Assembly: GCA_048939995.1 (NCBI GenBank) | Contig: JBHLOY010000004.1 | Coordinates: forward strand, 1-64,000 | From: Promethearchaeota archaeon | Lineage (GTDB): Archaea; Asgardarchaeota; Lokiarchaeia; Sigyniarchaeales; SOKP01 | Length of the DNA: 64,000 bases | Direction: 5' to 3' | Shown: positions 20,157 through 30,182 of the stretch, one piece after another | How positions within the stretch are numbered: position 1 is the stretch's first letter | Layout of the letters: each line of letters starts with the position of its first letter | The notes under the pieces: model-generated | The model's input: the letters and a program-made list of their open reading frames with translations, nothing else | What the model was told of the DNA's origin: nothing | Databases searched by the model: none | Made by a program: the position numbers and the translations under genes

Positions 20157-21125
20157 ATGGAAAATTCAGAGTTTCTATCTTTCAATGGAATTTCACTATT
20201 ATCTCATTGTAGAATATACGAAAATGATTTAAACCAAAAAGTACACTTAATCCCGGTATGCCATTTCGGAACTGTGAAATATTTTTATAATCTCTTATTA
20301 TATATAGGGGATGTTCCTTGTATTTTTGAAAACTTGAATTTAAACGCTGACGATAAAAGTGTTTATGAAGCTATAAGAGATATAGATGACTATATTGAGG
20401 TTTATAGTATTGAGTGCGAACAAATTTGGCAGAAATATAATAAACTTCTCAAAAATTTTTATAAAAAATTTTTAACTAAAGAATTAAAAAAATTGCGGAA
20501 ATATATAAAAAAGGAACTAAAACAATCAAATGAAAAAATAAAAAAAATATATGATTTAAGTGAGAAAACCAGATTTAGTTTTCCTAATTTAATAATGATT
20601 CAACTTTATTGGTGTGAATTGGTAAATTTAGTTCATCAATTCATTGCTATTGATTATAAAAATGACATAATGCATCGCCCAAACTGGATTCATACAGATC
20701 TGAATTTAGGTGAGTTAAAAGAACAAGTTGATATATCTGAATTTTTAATAGAATTATTAACATCCCCAACACCAGAACAACTTGCAGAACTTCAAAAAGA
20801 AATGCACTTAGTTATGCTCTCTATTTTAGAGTTATTGCAAATTGAAAGAATTGCAGATGTTTCACAAAGAAGACAAGAGTTAGCTGTAAGACTTACTAAT
20901 GTCATGAGTCAAAATTATGAGAAGTTTGAAAGTTTGAACCCTGAGATTTTGTTAAAAACAAGAAATACTCTTATCGAGGACTCTATCTTAAATTTAATTG
21001 AAAATAATAATGAATTAATGGTTTTTTATGGAGCAACTCATATGATTGGGATAGAAAAGTTTCTTTTTGCTGAAGGATTTAAATATAAAGCAGATAAAAC
21101 CTTTGAAGTATTCAAAATCCATTAG
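20157..21125 (+). CDS. Hypothetical protein, TraB/GumN-like metal-binding fold
   Basis: N-terminal HLIPVCH; C-terminal RN...VFYGATHM resembles the TraB GxxH motif. Confidence 0.55.
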   Translation: MENSEFLSFNGISLLSHCRIYENDLNQKVHLIPVCHFGTVKYFYNLLLYIGDVPCIFENLNLNADDKSVYEAIRDIDDYIEVYSIECEQIWQKYNKLLKNFYKKFLTKELKKLRKYIKKELKQSNEKIKKIYDLSEKTRFSFPNLIMIQLYWCELVNLVHQFIAIDYKNDIMHRPNWIHTDLNLGELKEQVDISEFLIELLTSPTPEQLAELQKEMHLVMLSILELLQIERIADVSQRRQELAVRLTNVMSQNYEKFESLNPEILLKTRNTLIEDSILNLIENNNELMVFYGATHMIGIEKFLFAEGFKYKADKTFEVFKIH

Positions 21126-21155
21126 TAAGTAGGTTAAATTCAAATGGGCAGTATT

Positions 21156-21380
21156 TTAATCAAATAGATCTAGTTGATAATAATAACCCTCATTTTTTAT
21201 AATCTTCAACATCCCATTTTTTGTATATAAATAAATTAGTGCCTTTATTTCAGCAGGTGGTATTTCATAATTTTCAGCTATAATTTCAATCATAAACTTT
21301 GGAAATTTCTTGTAAGTGTTATGTAAATATTTTAATGCTTCCAAGAACCTTTCTGAATAATCTATTTCAGTGATCACCAT
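21156..21380 (-). CDS. Small hypothetical protein, winged-helix-like
   Basis: GGTG-type RBS upstream; helices followed by a GML...GYYY wing pattern. Confidence 0.6.
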   Translation of the reverse strand: MVITEIDYSERFLEALKYLHNTYKKFPKFMIEIIAENYEIPPAEIKALIYLYTKNGMLKIIKNEGYYYQLDLFD

Positions 21381-21588
21381 AATTCACACCTTAGAAACAA
21401 ATTTTTTTAATTACTTATAAATAAAAAATTAATACTCTTAATATTCTTAATTCTATTAATACGATGAAAAATCGTATATTTAAATGTTATTGAGACTGAT
21501 TATTGATGTAGGAATAATATGACAGTTTACATTTTATCAATTATTAGCTATAAGGGCTAGAAAATATTAATATTAATATTTAAGGAAG

Positions 21589-21756
21589 TTATGAAATCCT
21601 GGACCATTGTCCTTTGTCTATCTCTTCCTCGTTTACAATTTGAGTAGGATGACCAGAGTGTTTTGAATCAAAAATTTTAAGTTGTTCAATATTTTCATAT
21701 TCAGTTTCATGAATATACACATATTCATGGCATTTGAAACAAACTTTTATTTTAAT
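21589..21756 (-). CDS. Unannotated 55-aa Zn-finger-like protein (CxxC...HxxH), probable ATT/ATA start
   Basis: IKIKVCFKCHEYVYIHETEYENIEQLKIFDSKHSGHPTQIVNEEEIDKGQWSRIS*, with GGAAGTGA upstream. Confidence 0.65.
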   Translation of the reverse strand: MKIKVCFKCHEYVYIHETEYENIEQLKIFDSKHSGHPTQIVNEEEIDKGQWSRIS

Positions 21757-21907
21757 TTAATTCACTTCCTTTCTTCCATTTTAATCCTATAAAGAAGATT
21801 GTGTACAAATTTTATTAATGAAATTACCATATTTAAACTTAATTTTAATAAATTAATTAATCTCTTTCTTAACATGAATAAAAATTTTTTCACTTCTACC
21901 AAAAAAC

Positions 21908-22615
21908 TTACAATGTATATCTATTAATTTCATTTCGAATCTCTTCTGCTATTCGAATGGGGTTTTTTGAACGAGTAATTGCTCCACCCACAATAATAAT
22001 CTCTATTGGGTAAGATATTAATTTTTGAATATCGTTAACTTGAATCCCACCAGCAACAGCCAATTTCGGATGACTACGTATGCGAGCTACAGATTCTATT
22101 TCAAAAAATGGAGCTTGGCGAGAGGCTTGGCGATCCAGCCCACTATGTACAGCAGCATAATGTAATGCAGTTTCTTTATAATGAATGTTTATTATCTCTG
22201 CTAATCTAATAGCCGGAGATCGTGAAACAATAAGATCAGCCATAATCTCAACATGAAACTCATTTGCAGCGCGTAAAGCTTCTTGAATAGTCATGTTATA
22301 CGCATCAGCAAGGATAGTTATAATATCTGCTTTTGATTTAGCTGCCATTTTTACTTCTAAGTACCCTGCATCTGCCGTTTTTAAATCAGCACATACCAGT
22401 TTATCGGGATGGGCTTCTTTTAATTCTTTAATAACACGAATTCCTTCAGACTTTATTAATGGAGTCCCTGCCTCTAAAATATCAACAAAGGGAGCTATTT
22501 TATGCGCTAGATCTAAAGCTTCTTCCAATATCTCCAGATCAAGAGCTATTTGCAATTTTGGAATTATTTTCCCTTTTTTCAAAGGCTTTGTTGAACTCAT
22601 TTTAGTTCCATTCAC
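21908..22615 (-). CDS. hxlA: 3-hexulose-6-phosphate synthase (OMPDC/HUMPS family)
   Basis: LQIALD, EAGTPLIKSEG, DLKTADAG, HSGLD, AVAGGI, IVGGAIT. Confidence 0.88.
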   Translation of the reverse strand: MNGTKMSSTKPLKKGKIIPKLQIALDLEILEEALDLAHKIAPFVDILEAGTPLIKSEGIRVIKELKEAHPDKLVCADLKTADAGYLEVKMAAKSKADIITILADAYNMTIQEALRAANEFHVEIMADLIVSRSPAIRLAEIINIHYKETALHYAAVHSGLDRQASRQAPFFEIESVARIRSHPKLAVAGGIQVNDIQKLISYPIEIIIVGGAITRSKNPIRIAEEIRNEINRYTL

Positions 22616-22815
22616 TATTTTTCATTTCGATTTTCTTTTAAATCTATTTTATTTATTAAAGCCATGCTAATTAAAAAAATTACTAATGTATCAAAAATTT
22701 CAATGAGAAGCATATCAGATGGAATCAAATCCATTCGTACCATAAACGAAGTACAGCTTGCATATATAATAAAAAGAAATATCACTAGAAATCTAACTTT
22801 AAATATAAATGTCAT
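22615..22815 (-). CDS. Small two-TM membrane protein
   Basis: Two hydrophobic segments; stop overlaps the annotated hps start. Confidence 0.5.
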   Translation of the reverse strand: MTFIFKVRFLVIFLFIIYASCTSFMVRMDLIPSDMLLIEIFDTLVIFLISMALINKIDLKENRNEK

Positions 22816-22968
22816 GTATATTACCTTAATTACATTCGTTCCATTTAATAATATCTATCGTCTTTTTATATTTAACTAGAAATTATTTAATCTTTCCAAT
22901 TTTAGTAAAGGAAGAATAAGAAATATATTTTAATAGAACCTTATTATGATTATATCTCATTGTATTGA

Positions 22969-23343
22969 GTGATCACTATTAGATATGATGATTGGTATTG
23001 CGAAGAATTATTTTATGCTTATATTAATAAGTATATCAATCTCCATGAGCTATTAACTAAGTTAGATTATGACCAAGTAGAAAAGCAAAGAGAATTATTT
23101 AATCTTTTAAACTTAATCTTGACTAATAATTTCCCTCATTATTGTTTTAATATGAGTTGTAAAGAGAAATTATATTTTTCGAATACCTATGATTATACTA
23201 AGAGGGAATTTAATTTTAACTTAAAAAAGTTTATAAAAATATGGATTGCTCCATTGAATCTACATAGATTTTCAGATTGGCATATAAAGATTCCTTTTTA
23301 CTGCTGTGATTGCTTTAAATCAAAAACTAAAAGTACCTTGTAA
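22969..23343 (+). CDS. Hypothetical Cys-containing (Zn-binding?) protein
   Basis: CFNMSC...FYCCDCF. Confidence 0.65.
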   Translation: MITIRYDDWYCEELFYAYINKYINLHELLTKLDYDQVEKQRELFNLLNLILTNNFPHYCFNMSCKEKLYFSNTYDYTKREFNFNLKKFIKIWIAPLNLHRFSDWHIKIPFYCCDCFKSKTKSTL

Positions 23344-23768
23344 AAATTAAGTTTTAAAATGTATTTATAAAAAAATATGAAAAAATTTAGAGCTTAAACT
23401 CATCTACCTCAGAATTAATACTATTTGCACAGTGAGGTTCAAGATTTAGAACCATCGTAAATGAAATCGAAAATTACTTTCTGAAGTTCATTTTTCTAGA
23501 AGCTATATGTTCCTTGCATAATTCAACTTTATTAGTCTAAAAATATTAAATCTGTTGAGGTTATAATCATTAAACGATTTATAAATAAACCTTTAACATT
23601 TCAATTAGATAATTCAACTATTATACGAATTAAGGAATTGTGTAATGAAGTAAACTCCATTTATCATCCTGGTTTTCCTATTAAAAAATTTAAAAAAAAT
23701 TGCAAAAGAGACAAACACATTAATATAATAATTTCTTATATTATACTAAACTAGGAATTTTTATTATC

Positions 23769-23912
23769 ATGAATAAAAAATTATATAGAAAAACATACCC
23801 ATTTATTTGTTCTGATTGTGGGGAATTTTCTCATACGTTATTTGATTATTGTGAAAAATGTGGCTCCAAAAGTACGCTCCGCAACGCCTCAAGGCGAGAT
23901 TATAAAGTATAA
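23769..23912 (+). CDS. Unannotated 47-aa Zn-ribbon protein
   Basis: MNKKLYRKTYPFICSDCGEFSHTLFDYCEKCGSKSTLRNASRRDYKV*, with two CxxCG knuckles. Confidence 0.75.
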   Translation: MNKKLYRKTYPFICSDCGEFSHTLFDYCEKCGSKSTLRNASRRDYKV

Positions 23913-24193
23913 GATTAAACAATTATAATCTAAATTTTTGTGCTTATTTTGAAGTTAATGAAGGATTTTTTGTTGCTTAAACAACAATATTTAATTTTAT
24001 GTATAGAAACTAGAAAAACTTACCCATAATTCATTACAATTAACTCCTAGGAAAAAATAGGATAAGTTAGTTCAAAAAAGAAAAAGTTCCATTATCTAGA
24101 TTTACTGATAGTTTAAACTTAATTATAAATAGTATACCAACGCTTTAAATCGCCTCCTCTTATACTCTAGAGATTTTCTTATATTAGAAGAAA

Positions 24194-25741
24194 TTAGAAC
24201 CATTCACCCCGTTCAGCATATCTTATATCTAAATAATCCATTCGTTTTCGAAATTTATTTAACTTTATCTTAAAGTATATAAAATTTTTCCTTTCTTTTA
24301 GACTCCAAGCATTTTCTGAAATAGCCATTAATCTTGGAAATAATTTGTTTTCTAAATCTTTAATATTTAAAATCAATTCAGTCCAAAGACAAGCCTCGAT
24401 GCCGAGGATATTTTTATAGTATTTTTTATCAACTAAATCTGAAATTGGTTCATAGTTATAACTTTTTGAAAGGGACGTTCTATTATACCCATGATCAAAA
24501 TAAACAGATTCCATCTCTGACATTATCATCTCTCTGTTATTATTTATATTTGCTAAATCTTGCTTAAAATCTTCGATCCAATATTGCCCTATTATCTTTT
24601 TATTTATATTATTATCTAATATATCGTTCCATATAATCACGCGTTTGCCATTTTTCTCTAGGAATTTTGAAATTCTATTTGTAAAATATACTTGTAATTC
24701 TCTTTCAGATTTCAAATTTTCAGTAATCATTCTTTTCTGACATAATTCACATTTTTTCCATCTTTTTGTCAGAACCTCATCACCCCCGATATGGATTGAA
24801 TCTGATGGAAATATCTCACATACCTCTTTAAGAATATTCTCAATAATATTGAACATAGATTCTTTACCTATACATAGTACCTCTGGGAATATTCCAATAC
24901 GAATGCTAACTTCAAAAGATTCGTCGGTACATGCTAGTTCGGGGTAAGCTGCCAAAGCTGCGGTAATATGACCAGGCATATCAATTTCAGGAACAATCTT
25001 TATGTACCTTTCTTTAGCATAATTAACAATTTCCCTCAAATCCTCTTGCGAATAATATCCTGAATGGTACTTTCCATTTGATTTGTTACGACTTAAATAT
25101 AGGGAAGTTGATTTTCTTTTTGAGCCAACTTCAGTTAAACGAGGGAACCTTTTTATCTCAATTCTCCACCCTTGATAATCAGTTAAATGCCAATGAAAGA
25201 TATTAAGCTTTAGAAAAGCCATTATATCGAGAATTTTTTTCACTTCTTGTTTTCCAGAAAAATGACGGGCTTCATCTAACATAAAACCTCTCCATGAAAA
25301 CCGAGGAGAGTCTTCAATTTTAACACATGGTATCTCCCATTCTATATCTTCCTTGTGGGAAGATTCTATTTCTGGAGGAAAAAGTTGTCTTAATGTTTGA
25401 ATCCCATAAAATAATCCCTCTTGGTCATTAGATTCTAATTCAACTCTATCAGGAGAAATAATCAGTTCATATCCTTCCCTTGAAGACTCCCTGCTCTTAC
25501 TCATCAGTTTTAGAGTTATTGAGTTATTTGTACTTTCTTTCTCGGTAAACTGTTTCGTAATTAAATGAAAACCTGTAGCGGGTTTAATGAAATCTCTCAA
25601 ATAGTGACCCAAATTCATTACGGAATTACAATATATAATAGTTTTAGCATTTAATTTAAAAAAACCTTCTTTCGGAGTTACTTTTATGGGCTCTGGGATT
25701 ATAGAAATATCAGATAAATTATGATAAGCATTATTCACCAT
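24194..25741 (-). CDS. Beta-N-acetylhexosaminidase (GH20)
   Basis: RGFMLDEARHF, FHWHLTD, PEIDMPGH, catalytic HIGGDE, EACLWTE. Confidence 0.95.
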   Translation of the reverse strand: MVNNAYHNLSDISIIPEPIKVTPKEGFFKLNAKTIIYCNSVMNLGHYLRDFIKPATGFHLITKQFTEKESTNNSITLKLMSKSRESSREGYELIISPDRVELESNDQEGLFYGIQTLRQLFPPEIESSHKEDIEWEIPCVKIEDSPRFSWRGFMLDEARHFSGKQEVKKILDIMAFLKLNIFHWHLTDYQGWRIEIKRFPRLTEVGSKRKSTSLYLSRNKSNGKYHSGYYSQEDLREIVNYAKERYIKIVPEIDMPGHITAALAAYPELACTDESFEVSIRIGIFPEVLCIGKESMFNIIENILKEVCEIFPSDSIHIGGDEVLTKRWKKCELCQKRMITENLKSERELQVYFTNRISKFLEKNGKRVIIWNDILDNNINKKIIGQYWIEDFKQDLANINNNREMIMSEMESVYFDHGYNRTSLSKSYNYEPISDLVDKKYYKNILGIEACLWTELILNIKDLENKLFPRLMAISENAWSLKERKNFIYFKIKLNKFRKRMDYLDIRYAERGEWF

Positions 25742-25862
25742 TTTTGATAACTAACCATAACATTCTTTCAAGCAATAATAAATCTAACTTTTAAAAGCAA
25801 ACAATAAATTTTAAAGATATTATTAAGAAAAACTAATAAATCATTATAACATTTATCTTTTT

Positions 25863-26345
25863 ATGAGCGAATCTAACAAACCGAATATTGAGGATGTTGA
25901 TTTAGAAATTTTAAAAATCCTAAGTCAAGATGGGCGTACAACTTATCATAAAATTGCTTCGGAACTGAAAAAATCACCAGTAACTATTAAAAACCATATT
26001 GAGGAACTGATTAAAAATGGGATTATTAAAAATTATGGCGTACAAATTGATTTTGAGAAACTTGGCTACAATATCATCGCCATTATCGAAGTGACTATTT
26101 CTAAAGGGAAGATGCTTGAAGTTGAGGAAAAAATCTCTCAACATCCAAATACTTTTGCTGTTTATGATATAACAGGAACTTATGATGCATTGATATTTGC
26201 TAGATTCAAATCAAGGGATGATCTGAGTGCAATGATTAAAAAATTTCATTTATCTCCTTACGTTGAGAGAACAAATACTCATATTGTATTGAACGTTATT
26301 AAAGAAGAAAATTCTCTCGTAAAACTAATTGAAAAGAAGCAATAG
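25863..26345 (+). CDS. Lrp/AsnC family transcriptional regulator
   Basis: N-terminal HTH (ILKILSQDGR); YDITGTYD. Confidence 0.92.
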   Translation: MSESNKPNIEDVDLEILKILSQDGRTTYHKIASELKKSPVTIKNHIEELIKNGIIKNYGVQIDFEKLGYNIIAIIEVTISKGKMLEVEEKISQHPNTFAVYDITGTYDALIFARFKSRDDLSAMIKKFHLSPYVERTNTHIVLNVIKEENSLVKLIEKKQ

Positions 26346-26404
26346 AAGATTCGTATTGTAATTATCACTTCTATTACTAAATTTGTCGAGACTATTGTTT
26401 TTTA

Positions 26405-26626
26405 TTGATAAGATTAAATCTATTCTTTATGAGTATAGGAATAATTAAAGTGAATAATAAGGACTTTTATGACAGAATGTTTCCCGATATTTCTGAATTA
26501 ATCATTCCTTTCTCAGAGTTCTTCAAGAATCATAACTCCCACTATATCTATACAGGAAAAGAAAGAATTCCATTTACGAAACGAGATCCTGAGTTTATTG
26601 AGACAATGAAAAAAGAATTTCTATAA
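26405..26626 (+). CDS. Hypothetical protein, possibly a fragment
   Basis: Short ORF; no motif recognised. Confidence 0.35.
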   Translation: MIRLNLFFMSIGIIKVNNKDFYDRMFPDISELIIPFSEFFKNHNSHYIYTGKERIPFTKRDPEFIETMKKEFL

Positions 26627-26651
26627 TAACTTTTCCAATTTTTAACACTAA

Positions 26652-26945
26652 CTATTTTAAACTGCTAAGCAATCCTAAAAAGTCTGAGTAAGGAATTGCT
26701 GTCCAACTTTCAGCGAACATAGCTCCTGCGGCACGAGATAACAACGAAACTTTAGCAGCCTCTTGTTCATTTTCAACTTCAAAAATATCAATAAAATCAT
26801 AGGGACCAAGAATAGCATAATGAGCTATCCATTTAATCCCCGGAACTTTCTCTCTCACTAACTTTAAGAACTTCTCTCCCTGTTCTTTCCTCTTCTCTAC
26901 TAAATCAGGGTTTTGCAATTTAGTTGCAAGTATATATATTGGCAT
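26652..26945 (-). CDS. GYD-domain protein (likely start MPIY at 26945)
   Basis: HYAILGPYDFIDIFE, ESWTAIP. Confidence 0.85.
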   Translation of the reverse strand: MPIYILATKLQNPDLVEKRKEQGEKFLKLVREKVPGIKWIAHYAILGPYDFIDIFEVENEQEAAKVSLLSRAAGAMFAESWTAIPYSDFLGLLSSLK

Positions 26946-27020
26946 AAAGAACTTTATTATTTTCATAAATAAAAGCTTTACCTTTAACAAATTCTTTCTG
27001 GCTAAAACTACTTGAAAAGG

Positions 27021-27509
27021 TTAATTTTTTTTGTTATCTTCGGTATATTTCGTCAAATTTTCTAGGATTCTTCTTAAATAGTTTTCAAAATTATCAATCT
27101 CCTCTTCAGAAAAGCCATTATAATAAATATTTTTCATTTGATTAGAAACTTGAAGAAATTTATCTTGTAATGCTTTATTCTTTTTAGTTAACTTTATGTT
27201 AATAGTTCTTTTATCATTTGCAACAGGAATTCTTTTTATGTGGTTCGATTTTTCAAGATTATCCAACATATGAGACAGAGTAGCTTTACTTAACGAAGTT
27301 TTCTTTTTAAGTTCTTGAAAGGATATATTATCTTTTTGCCAAAGTGGAAACATTACTCTACCTTGAGCAGAAGTTATTTCAGTGACATTAAAATCTCGGA
27401 GTATTTTTGCAAAAATCCGCTCTGAAAGTTTGCGGATCTTTCCAATCAAAAATCCTCCTTCTCTCAACTTTTCCTTTTTCTCTACATTATTTTCAAGCAT
27501 TTCTTTCAA
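27021..27509 (-). CDS. MarR family regulator
   Basis: ITSAQGRVM, LSKATLS..LDNLE, DKR...LT. Confidence 0.9.
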   Translation of the reverse strand: MKEMLENNVEKKEKLREGGFLIGKIRKLSERIFAKILRDFNVTEITSAQGRVMFPLWQKDNISFQELKKKTSLSKATLSHMLDNLEKSNHIKRIPVANDKRTINIKLTKKNKALQDKFLQVSNQMKNIYYNGFSEEEIDNFENYLRRILENLTKYTEDNKKN

Positions 27510-27528
27510 TTATAAATTATTATAACAT

Positions 27529-28350
27529 CTATAAATTCATGAGAAAATTAGTTACTGCAACTTTGTATAATTCAGGTTGATCATCATGCACTACATGTCC
27601 AGCATCAGGAATTTCAATAAGTTGACAGTTTTTTATTACTTTTGACATTTTTTCAGCATGTTCGCGGTTAAATTGACTCGATCCCCCTTTAATTATCAGT
27701 GTAGGACATTTTATTTGTTCTAGTTCTTCCCATTTTGATTTTCCAAAACTTAAACTTAAGATTTTAAGGAGATGCTTAAATTTAAAAATAGGATAGTATC
27801 CCAATTCTTTTTCTTCAAGTAGTTCTATAAAGTGATCAGCATAGGTGGGATGTAGATTTCCAAAAAAAATCCCTGCTTCTTTTAGGCAACTGAATGGAAC
27901 TGGCCATGACATAAAAAATTTTTCCCATTCATCAAGAGCTTCCATTGGGGCTGCTTGAGCACTTTTATCTTCAATAATTAGAGCCTTAACTAGTTGTGGG
28001 TATAAGACAGCTAAGCCCCAAGCTATCGAGCCCCCCATAGAATGTCCAATCACAATACTATCATGTATGCCTAGCTCATTCATGGCAATTGCAATATCTT
28101 GAATCATTATATCACGTGAGTAATCTGAATCTGGTTTTTCACTTCTTCCATGCCCTCTTTGATCAAATGCAATAACATGATAACTTTCTCTTAACCAAAG
28201 TGCCGCCTCATACCAACTGGTTGCTCTAGACATAAGTCCATGTAATAGGACAACAGTGTCTCCCGATCCCCCAAAATCTATATAAACTAATCGGATATCT
28301 CTTCCATTGACATATCCTCTTTCAATTTTTCCCATTTCAAAAACTGCCAA
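27529..28350 (-). CDS. Alpha/beta hydrolase
   Basis: LHGL, DQRGHGRS, GHSMGG, AGHVVH. Confidence 0.92.
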   Translation of the reverse strand: MAVFEMGKIERGYVNGRDIRLVYIDFGGSGDTVVLLHGLMSRATSWYEAALWLRESYHVIAFDQRGHGRSEKPDSDYSRDIMIQDIAIAMNELGIHDSIVIGHSMGGSIAWGLAVLYPQLVKALIIEDKSAQAAPMEALDEWEKFFMSWPVPFSCLKEAGIFFGNLHPTYADHFIELLEEKELGYYPIFKFKHLLKILSLSFGKSKWEELEQIKCPTLIIKGGSSQFNREHAEKMSKVIKNCQLIEIPDAGHVVHDDQPELYKVAVTNFLMNL

Positions 28351-28355
28351 ATTAA

Positions 28356-28817
28356 TTAAATTTTAAATTCAACTTGTTCTAATTTGTAGTAGAAACGTCC
28401 TTCATTAGGTTTGAATCGAAGTATGGTATAATCAGGATCTTCCAATCCCTTTGGATAATACCTAATAGATCTATCTAACCAGAATTGGCGCTTTAGTTCC
28501 ATATCTTCAATTATTTCTACCTCACCACCAAACATCACTCCTTTAAATTGTTCAGTGTCACAAAAATAAACAGCAACTCTAGGGTTTTCCTTTATATGGG
28601 CTATTTTAGAAGAGCTAGTATTTGTTGAGAAGTAAATTACGTACTTATCTTTCAGATTATCATAAAATTCAGAAAATTCAGGATATCGTTCCTTATATCG
28701 TGTGTTTAATAATGCTCTTGTGATAGGAAAGCCCTCAGAATCAATTGTTGAAAAATATGCAACAAGAGAATTTTCTATTAATTCTATACTTGATCTCTTT
28801 ACTTCATTTAAATCCAT
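28356..28817 (-). CDS. Pyridoxamine 5'-phosphate oxidase-like / general stress protein 26
   Basis: STIDSEGFP, STNTSSSK, YYPKGLEDPDY. Confidence 0.88.
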   Translation of the reverse strand: MDLNEVKRSSIELIENSLVAYFSTIDSEGFPITRALLNTRYKERYPEFSEFYDNLKDKYVIYFSTNTSSSKIAHIKENPRVAVYFCDTEQFKGVMFGGEVEIIEDMELKRQFWLDRSIRYYPKGLEDPDYTILRFKPNEGRFYYKLEQVEFKI

Positions 28818-28857
28818 TTATAATCTACCTTATATAATTTTAAGTGAACTCGATTGA

Positions 28858-29337
28858 TTATTCTTCTCCGGGCTTGAATTGAACTTTTTGTAATTTATAA
28901 TAAAATCGTGCTGTTTTTGGCCTCAAACGGAGTAATGTGTAATCTGGATCCTCTAAACCTTTTAAGTAATATCTTGTCCACCAATCTAGCCAAATTTTTC
29001 GCTTGACATTCATATCATCTATAATCTCTACTTCCCCCCCAAACATTACTCCTTTAAAGGCTTCGGGATCACAAAAATACACAGAAATTTTAGGATTTTT
29101 CTTGATATGTTCAGTTTTAGATGATGCCGTATTAGTTGAGATATATATCTCAAATTTATTGTCCAACTCGGAGAAGAATTTAGAAAATTCTGGAAACTGT
29201 TCCTTATTTCTTAAGTTAAACATTGCTCTTGTTATTGGATATCCTTTTGAATCAATAGTTGTTAAATATGCTGCTTTCGAGGTCGCTATTAATTCCATAC
29301 TTAATTTTGTTGCTTCTTCCTTATCCATTTTACTCAT
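28858..29337 (-). CDS. Pyridoxamine 5'-phosphate oxidase-like protein, tandem duplicate
   Basis: Highly similar to the adjacent ORF (FKGVMFGGEVEII, KGLEDPDYT). Confidence 0.88.
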   Translation of the reverse strand: MSKMDKEEATKLSMELIATSKAAYLTTIDSKGYPITRAMFNLRNKEQFPEFSKFFSELDNKFEIYISTNTASSKTEHIKKNPKISVYFCDPEAFKGVMFGGEVEIIDDMNVKRKIWLDWWTRYYLKGLEDPDYTLLRLRPKTARFYYKLQKVQFKPGEE

Positions 29338-29342
29338 CTTGT

Positions 29343-30122
29343 TTACTTCTTATTTATATGCTTAGTAATATCTTCTTTATAATAGGGCATTCGAGTAATA
29401 AAATCTCCATTGAAATATACACAAAAAGTCGCATAAGGATGTAAACTGTTTTCTTGGGCGCTTTTAGAATCTTTCAAATCTTCTATTACCAATTCCATCT
29501 TCAGCTCTTTAGCTAAGACCTCAAGTAAACCAGTCATATGTGCAACATAAGGACATTGTTGTGTTTTAATTCCAAGAAGTTTTACCCCAAGCTCTTTATA
29601 ATTTCGTTTTGGAGGTCGATTAAATTTTGGAAGAAGTGCATCTTCAATAAATTTTTTGGCATAAAGTTCGAAAGGTGGAATTTCATCAACTTTCTGAAAG
29701 CCATGTTTTAAAAAAAGCGAATTTGTGGGTTCCCAACCCCCCTCATGGGATGTTAAAATTACTGCACCATTCATTCCCTTAGCATCTTTATAACATTCTT
29801 GTAACAATTTTGTACCAAATTCAAGATTATGGTATTTATTGTTAACTAATATGCAATGAATGGCCATCCAACCAGGAGCATGAATACCTCGCCAAACTGA
29901 TTCACCAGGAATGTATTCTATAAAACCTCCTGACACATAATTATTTCCCTCCTCTTGGATCATTAGCAACTTAAAATGTAACCCTTCTTTAAAACGTTCT
30001 TTTAACCAGTTAACTTTATTTTTATAACCTTCTTTATCTTTTTCTTTTAAGCAAAAAAGGTCGTATTCATCAATATTCTTTTCATTTAATTCTACAATTC
30101 GATAAGATGGTATTCTTGAAAT
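29343..30122 (-). CDS. YoaP-domain GNAT acetyltransferase; N-terminus extends to about 30113-30122 without ATG/GTG/TTG
   Basis: FIEYIPGE, IHCI, QCPY, SKSAQ. The upstream in-frame sequence reads IVELNEKNIDEYDLFC...KVNWLKERFKEGL. Confidence 0.85.
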   Translation of the reverse strand: MSRIPSYRIVELNEKNIDEYDLFCLKEKDKEGYKNKVNWLKERFKEGLHFKLLMIQEEGNNYVSGGFIEYIPGESVWRGIHAPGWMAIHCILVNNKYHNLEFGTKLLQECYKDAKGMNGAVILTSHEGGWEPTNSLFLKHGFQKVDEIPPFELYAKKFIEDALLPKFNRPPKRNYKELGVKLLGIKTQQCPYVAHMTGLLEVLAKELKMELVIEDLKDSKSAQENSLHPYATFCVYFNGDFITRMPYYKEDITKHINKK

Positions 30123-30182
30123 TTTAACTTCACCTCTACTTAATTGTTTATAATTTAATTTTAATTTAATTCAGAAAATTTT

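Noticed and set aside
23394-23535. Possible decayed paralog of the CxxC/HxxH microprotein
   Set aside because: Needs several frameshifts; similarity is too weak.
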